From NCBI GenBank assembly GCA_963781885.1, contig CAWAHW010000002.1, forward strand, positions 480,001-544,000: a DNA stretch of 64,000 bases. The letters run 5' to 3'. A program made the position numbers and the translations under genes. Below are positions 58,496 through 64,000 of this stretch, one piece after another (the first letter of the stretch is position 1; each line of letters opens with the position of its first letter). The stretch comes from an uncultured Spirochaetota bacterium. GTDB lineage: Bacteria > Spirochaetota > Spirochaetia > SZUA-6 > Fen-1364. The notes beneath the pieces are model-generated. The model saw only the letters and a program-made list of their open reading frames with translations. It did not search any database and had not been told where the DNA came from.

Positions 58496-59281
58496 TCACT
58501 TTCCCACGACAGGGTTGCGCAGCACGCCGATGCCCTCGATCTCCACCTCGAAGACGTCCCCCGGCCGCAACCACGTGGGCGGCGTCTGGGCGAATGCGCA
58601 TCCGGCCGGGGTGCCCGTGGAAAGGACGGAGCCCGGCAGGAGCGTCATTCCCTGGGACAGGTAGCTCACCAGGAAGGCGACGTCGAAGATGAGGTCCGCG
58701 GTGGAGGCGTCCTGCATCGTCTTTCCGTTGAGTCTCCCCTGGATGTGGAGATGCGTTGGATCGAGCTCCGTCTCGATCCAGGGACCAAGGGGACAGAAGG
58801 TATCGAACGATTTTGCCCGCGACCATTGGCCGTCCTTGTTCTGCACGTCGCGGGCGCTCACGTCGTTCGCGCAGGTGTAGCCGAAGACGTACTTCAGCGC
58901 ATCCTTGCGGTCCACGTTCCGCGCCGGCTTTCCGATCACGACGGCGAGCTCGGACTCGTAGTCGATCTGGCCGGGTGCGACGTGGGGAAGGACGATGGGC
59001 GACCCGGGATCGGTGACGCAGGAGGAGGACTTCATGAAGAGCAGCGGTTCCGTCGGGGGCGCCTCTCCGCCTTCGGCCGCGTGCGCCTTGTAGTTCCTGC
59101 CGAAGCAAAGAAGATTGACGGGGATGAGGGGCGCCAGGAGCTTCACGTCCGCCATCGGCAAGGGGCGGCCGTCCTTTTTCCAGTTGCCGAAAATGTCCCC
59201 GGCGATGGGCTGGGCCTTGTCGCCCTCCAGGATCGCGTGGACTACCGCGCCCTTGGCCGTTCGAATGCGTGAGATTTTCAT
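58496..59281 (-). CDS. Fumarylacetoacetate hydrolase family protein
   Basis: GRNY..H, DYESEL, NDVSARD, KSFDTFCPLGP, TGTPAG. Confidence 0.93.
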   Translation of the reverse strand: MKISRIRTAKGAVVHAILEGDKAQPIAGDIFGNWKKDGRPLPMADVKLLAPLIPVNLLCFGRNYKAHAAEGGEAPPTEPLLFMKSSSCVTDPGSPIVLPHVAPGQIDYESELAVVIGKPARNVDRKDALKYVFGYTCANDVSARDVQNKDGQWSRAKSFDTFCPLGPWIETELDPTHLHIQGRLNGKTMQDASTADLIFDVAFLVSYLSQGMTLLPGSVLSTGTPAGCAFAQTPPTWLRPGDVFEVEIEGIGVLRNPVVGK

Positions 59282-59323
59282 GCTGCCTCCGTCGTCATGA
59301 CACCGGCTGAGATATTCCCCGGT

Positions 59324-59384
59324 ACACTATTCCAACAGCCCCGAATGTCAACGGACGGCCCGCCCGCACTCTATAGAAATGTCC
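59324..59384 (-). promoter_or_regulatory. Conserved 17-bp motif, copy 4, plus sigma70 promoter of the FAH operon
   Basis: Minus strand GGACATTTCTATAGAGT (59384..59368), 16 nt, TTGACA (59351..59346), 16 nt, TAGTGT (59329..59324). Confidence 0.8.
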
Positions 59385-59562
59385 CTCTGGTTCAGGCAGC
59401 TCACCGCATTCCACGGTGTTGACAGCTGCTCCGCATTCGTCGACATTCGAAAGGCTCCAAACGGCCCTCGCGCGGGCCCCATGGACAAGATACGTAATCC
59501 GGTCCCGGCCGCCACGCGGCGCGGCATGCCGGGATGCGTGAGGGCAGGGAAAGGAGACCGGC

Positions 59563-60012
59563 ATGATCGCCGACACGCTTGCGAACGCGGGATTGTACAA
59601 GGGCCTCGGCGGGCGCATCGCCCGCGCCCTGGATGTCCTGGGCAGCAAAGATTTCCGTTCCATGGAGCCGGGCAGGATCGAGGTGGATGGTTCGTCACTG
59701 TTCTACATGGTCCAGATGTACACGACGAAACCGCGGGAAAAAGGGGAGTGGGAATCGCATCCGAAATATGTCGACGTGCAGTACGTGGTGGACGGCGTCG
59801 AGCGCATCGGCTGGGCTCCCCCGTCGCGGCTGTCGGTCGTCACACCCTACGACGGGGAATCGGATGCAACACTTTATGCCGGTGACGGCGATTTCGTGCT
59901 TCTGCCGCCGGGGTCATTCATGATCCTGTGGCCGGGAGACGCGCACATGCCGGGAACGTCGGTGGACCGGCCCCTGCCGGTGCGCAAAGTCGTTGTGAAA
60001 GTGCTGCTGTAG
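59563..60012 (+). CDS. YhcH/YjgK/YiaL (DUF386) sugar-acid anomerase-like protein
   Basis: ESHPKYVDVQY, P.DAHMP, VRKVVVKV. Confidence 0.9.
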   Translation: MIADTLANAGLYKGLGGRIARALDVLGSKDFRSMEPGRIEVDGSSLFYMVQMYTTKPREKGEWESHPKYVDVQYVVDGVERIGWAPPSRLSVVTPYDGESDATLYAGDGDFVLLPPGSFMILWPGDAHMPGTSVDRPLPVRKVVVKVLL

Positions 60013-60025
60013 CGGCGGCTCCGGT

Positions 60026-61270
60026 TCAGGTGCCGGCCAGCCAGGAATACGGCTTCTCGATGGAGTCTTTCACACTCCGCAGGAAGCGCGCCGCCGGCGC
60101 CCCGTCGACAAGGCGGTGGTCGAATGTCAGGCTCAGCACGACCATGCGTCGTATGGCGACCGTTCCCGCATCCGCATCGGTGACGACCTGCCGGGCGACG
60201 ATGCGCCCCACGCCGAGCACGGCGCATTCCGGCAGGTTGATGATCGGTGTGAATGCATCGATGTCGTAGGCGCCGAGATTCGTGATTGTGAATGTCCCGC
60301 CGCGCAGGTCCTCTGCCGCCACGCGGCCCTCTCGGGTCGCCTCCACAAGGTGCGCGGAGACTTCAGCGATCTGTCGCAGACTCTTTCCCTGCACCGACCT
60401 GATCACGGGGACCAGGAGGCCTCGCTCCGTGTCGACCGCGAGCCCCACGTTCACCTCGGGCGGCCGCACGATCTCGTTACCCTCGAGGCGCGCATTGCAC
60501 GCGGGGTGCTCCCGCAGCGCGCGGGCCGCGATGAGGATGAGCATGTCATTGTAGGTCGGCACGACGGGCGCGCCTTCCTTCTTGAACATCGCGCGCAGCC
60601 GTACCATCTCCGTGGCATCCGCCTCCGTGGTGAGCGTCACCGCCGCGGTGGTCTGCGCGCTTGCGGCCATCCTCTGCGCGATCACCCGGCGCGGGCCGCT
60701 GATCGGCGCTGCGGCTGCGGGCACGGGGCCTGCGGCAGCCCCAACGTCCGCGCCGGCCCGCGCGGCCTGCCGCACGTCGCGTTCCACGATGCGGCCCGTC
60801 CGGCCCGAACCGCCGAGTGTCTCCCAGGCCACGCCCAACTCCCCGGCGACGCGCTTTGCGCGCGGGCTGATGGCGGGACGCCCGGTCTGTGTCGGGGCGG
60901 CGCGCGGTATTGCCGCCGCGGCGGTTGGGGCGGCCGCAGGCGCGGCAGCGGCGGGCGCGGGGACAGCGATTTCCGCCGGGGCTTCGGTGGCGGCAGGCGC
61001 GCCCGCCGGCTTCGGTTTGGCTTCACCCGGCGCGAGCAGATAGGCCAGAAGCGTGCCGACCGGCACCGCCTTTCCCTTGGGAGGGCATTCCGGGGGGATA
61101 TAGAGGATGCCGCTTTCCAGAGCCTCACACTCCTGGATCGCCTTGTCGCTCTCCACCTCGAAGAGGATCTCTCCCGCCGTGACGGTGTCGCCCTCGTTTT
61201 TGCGCCAGCCGGCGAGCGCCCCCTCCTCCATGTTCCACCCCAGGCGGGGCATCACGATTTCGAATGCCAT
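60026..61270 (-). CDS. 2-oxoacid/acetoin dehydrogenase E2 (dihydrolipoamide acyltransferase)
   Basis: Lipoyl EVESDKA, Ala/Pro linker, E3-binding SPRAKR..GSGRTGRI, DHRLVDG. Confidence 0.93.
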   Translation of the reverse strand: MAFEIVMPRLGWNMEEGALAGWRKNEGDTVTAGEILFEVESDKAIQECEALESGILYIPPECPPKGKAVPVGTLLAYLLAPGEAKPKPAGAPAATEAPAEIAVPAPAAAAPAAAPTAAAAIPRAAPTQTGRPAISPRAKRVAGELGVAWETLGGSGRTGRIVERDVRQAARAGADVGAAAGPVPAAAAPISGPRRVIAQRMAASAQTTAAVTLTTEADATEMVRLRAMFKKEGAPVVPTYNDMLILIAARALREHPACNARLEGNEIVRPPEVNVGLAVDTERGLLVPVIRSVQGKSLRQIAEVSAHLVEATREGRVAAEDLRGGTFTITNLGAYDIDAFTPIINLPECAVLGVGRIVARQVVTDADAGTVAIRRMVVLSLTFDHRLVDGAPAARFLRSVKDSIEKPYSWLAGT

Positions 61271-61283
61271 CCCATGCCCCCGA

Positions 61284-62266
61284 TCACTCGGCCAGCAGGT
61301 CGCGCACCGCCTTCACCACGGTGCGTGTCTCCGGAACCACGTCCTGGAAAAGGGAGGGGCTGTACGGAGCGGGGCAGGAGAGCCCCGTGAGCCTCGCCAC
61401 CGGCGCGTCAAGGTCGTCGAAACCCTTCTCCATCACCTGCGTGGCGATCTCCGCCGCCGCGCCGCACGGAGCGAAGTCCTCGTCCACCACGAGCAGCCGG
61501 CCCGTCTTTTCACGGACGTGAGGACGGTGTCGATGTCAAGCGGCGCGAGGCTGCGCGGATCGATCACTTCGATGCTGATTCCTTCCTTGGAAAGCTCCTC
61601 AGCCGCCTCGAGTGCCTTCTTCACCATGAAGGCGATCCCGACCACGGTTGCATGCGTGCCTTCCCGCGCAACCGCCGCCTTTCCGAACGGCACGAGGTGC
61701 TCGCCGTCCGGCACGGGCCCCTTCAGGTTGAGCAAATTCTTGTGCTCCAGGAAGAGGACCGGGTCGTCGCATCGGATGGACGTCTTGAGGAGCCCTTTTG
61801 CGTCGGCGGGCGTGGTCGGCATGACGACGCGAAAGCCGGGCACATGCATGAAGAAGGGGTAGTAGTTGCCCGAGTGATGCGCCGCGTTGAAGGGCGCGAC
61901 GCCGACGCATCCGCGCACGACAATCGGCATCTTCAGGCGCCCGCCGCTCATCCACTGGAGCTTCGCCATCTGGTTGAACATGTCGCCGAAGGCGTCGGTG
62001 AGAAAGTCGATGAACATGAAATCCACGATCGGCCGCGCGCCGCTTGCCGCCGCGCCGGTGCACAGGGCGGTGAAGCCGCGCTCCGAGATGGGGGTATCGC
62101 GCAGGCGCTCTTCTCCATAGAGGGCGTGGAGGCCGACGGTCGTATTGAAGTTGCCGCCCCGCGCCCCGATGCCTTCGCCCACCACGAAGATCCGGGAGTC
62201 CCGGGCCATTTCCTCTGCAAGACCCTCGCGGGCCGCGTCGACAAAGCTCATTTCGCGCATCTGCAT
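61284..62266 (-). CDS. 2-oxoacid/acetoin dehydrogenase E1 beta (frameshift at ~61508)
   Basis: DTPISE, HHS, DPVLFLEHK, EVIDPRSLAPLD; one A missing in a homopolymer (SVK/KTGRLLVVDED). Confidence 0.88.
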
Positions 62267-62267
62267 C

Positions 62268-63255
62268 TCATCCTTCGGCGTACACGTGACTCATGACCGA
62301 TCCGGGCTCGGGCAGGGGGCTCGCCAGCGCAAAGGCAGCCGCCTCCTCCGCCATTTGCTTCACCTCGGCATCGATGGCGTCCAGCTCTTTCTTCGTGGCC
62401 ACCGCGCCGGCGACGATCTTCGCCCCCAGCAGCCCGATCGGGTCACGGCTCTTCCATTCCGCGACCTCCTCCTGCGTGCGGTAGCCGGCGTCGCGCATGC
62501 CTTCAGAGTGCGCGCGCGTGCGGTAGGTCTTGCATTCGATGAGGGTCGGACCCTCTCCGGCGCGTGCGCGCCGGACCGCCTCCCCGGCCGCCTGCCAGAC
62601 CGCGAGCACGTCGTTGCCGTCCACCTCGACGCCGGGAAGCCCATAGGCCGCGGCGCGCGACGCGACGCTGGTGTTCTTCGTCGCCTTTTTGTACGGCACC
62701 TCGGTGGCGTACATGTTGTTCTCGCAGACGAAGATCGGCGGGGATGTCCCACGCCGCGGCGAGATTGATGCCCTCGTGGAAGGAGCCATTGTTTGTCGCC
62801 CCGTCGCCAAAGAAGGCCACTCCGACGCGGTCGATTTTCAGGATCTTCGCCGCATAGCCGGTGCCCGCGGCAAGGGTGATGCTGGGTCCGACGATGCCGC
62901 TGGAGCCCATGAACCCTATTTCCGGCTTGAAGATGTGCATGCTCCCGCCGCGGCCGCCCGAGCAGCCGGTCGCCCTGCCGAGCACCTCGGCAAAAAGCTC
63001 GCGCGGCGGCACGCCCTTGGCCAGCGCGTGCCCGTGGCCCCGGTGCGTGCTGAATACGCAGTCATCGCTTCGCAGGTGCGCGCAGACCCCGGTGGCGACC
63101 GCCTCCTCGCCGATGTAGGTGTGCACGCCGCCGTACAGCTTGCCCGCCGCATACATCTTCACGAGCTGCTCTTCACAGCGACGAAGGACGAGCATCGTGC
63201 GGTACAGGGCGAGCATCTGTTCCTTGGTGAGAGCGGGTATCTTTTTCTTGGCCAT
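62268..63255 (-). CDS. 2-oxoacid/acetoin dehydrogenase E1 alpha (frameshift at ~62737)
   Basis: STHRGHGH, GRGGSMH, GDGA..NG.FHE..N, ENNMYA, TYR...HS. Confidence 0.88.
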
Positions 63256-63290
63256 TCCGGCGTTCCTCCCGGGCTTCGTGCCCGCAGATT

Positions 63291-64000
63291 TCAGTTGATC
63301 TTCGTGACGCCGGCCTGGCCGCCGGCGTTCATGGCGGTGTTGCCGCCGTCGAAGGGGAAGAGGACGCCCGTGATCCAGGCGGATGCGTCCGACGCGAGCA
63401 GCAGCGCGATGCCCTTCACGTCCTCCGGCTGCCCGAATCTGCCTATGGGGATGCCCTCCTGCATACGCTTTTCGATCTCCGGATTCGCCGCCCATAAGCC
63501 CTGGAGGCCGGCGTTGGTGACCTGCGCGGGAAGGATCGCGTTCACGCGGACGCCGCGCCCGGCCCATTCGGTGCTCAGCTCCCGGGTCATCTCCGCGACG
63601 GCGCCCATGCCGACGCTGTAGGCGAAGTTGCCGCGGCCCAGCGCGGTGAGGCTCGCGATGGAGCCCATCATGATGATGCTGCCCTTGCCCTGTCTCAGCA
63701 TCCGGTGACCCGCCTCCTGCGCGCAGCAGAAGCGTGCAACGGTGAGACCCATGACGACCTGCTGGTAGTGCTCAAGGTCGATCTCCTCCGCCGAGCAGCG
63801 GTAGCCCGGGCCGACGAGCGCGGCGCAGATGTCGATGCGGCCGTATTCCTTGTCCAGTGCCGCGTAGACCGCCTTGATGTCCTCCACCTTTGTCATGTCG
63901 CCGGGCACGACGAGCACCTTGCGCCCGAGTTTTTTCGCATAGTCGGCAGTCGCCGCAATGCCCGCCACGTTGCTGTGCCGGGGAAGGAGCAGGTCCGCCC
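63291..64000 (-). CDS. SDR oxidoreductase (5' end outside the window)
   Basis: GSII..GS, AYSVG, RVNAILP, PIGRFG.PED, DGG. Confidence 0.85.
   Translation of the reverse strand, partial: ADLLLPRHSNVAGIAATADYAKKLGRKVLVVPGDMTKVEDIKAVYAALDKEYGRIDICAALVGPGYRCSAEEIDLEHYQQVVMGLTVARFCCAQEAGHRMLRQGKGSIIMMGSIASLTALGRGNFAYSVGMGAVAEMTRELSTEWAGRGVRVNAILPAQVTNAGLQGLWAANPEIEKRMQEGIPIGRFGQPEDVKGIALLLASDASAWITGVLFPFDGGNTAMNAGGQAGVTKIN

Noticed and set aside
59186-59200. Partial motif GGGGACATTTTC inside the FAH gene
   Set aside because: Explained by codons (GDIF) and lacks the GAGT half
61284-63255. Split or inactivated E1 alpha and E1 beta genes
   Set aside because: Each is repaired by one base (homopolymer at 61507-61510; extra base near 62737) and the motifs are intact

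Overview
GC-rich bacterial chromosomal window. The gene repertoire (SH3b-containing secreted protein, atypical sigma-like gene next to rdgB, very large GH13 with malQ) suggests a free-living Spirochaetia, but this is inference. It contains: (1) an accessory carbohydrate block (GH127, LacI-GH4-ABC-isomerase operon, MFS, FMN-binding lipoprotein operon) ending at tRNA-Leu(GAG); (2) housekeeping genes (ArcE-like GTPase + argF, M24 peptidase, nrnA, sigma-like protein, rdgB with a 27-bp hairpin tandem array, DAG kinase, GH13, malQ, mutM, paaK + Liv-type ABC); (3) a ~23-kb sugar-acid catabolism cluster (uxaE-like, transaldolase-like, SDRs, sugar ABC, two eda-kdgK pairs, DapA-family aldolase, URO-D-like proteins, FAH hydrolase, yhcH, acoABC-like). 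The main finding is in block 3, which has no conventional regulator in the window but carries an intact, promoter-driven ISNCY/IS1202-like transposase ORF that appears to have lost all three DDE residues. A 17-bp IS-end-like motif (GGACATTTCWAWMGAGT) occurs four times, each in the same orientation and at near-fixed spacing upstream of candidate sigma70 promoters of the cluster's operons. This suggests a domesticated transposase acting as a transcription factor on IS-end-derived operators. Several single-base frameshifts in otherwise intact genes look like long-read consensus errors.
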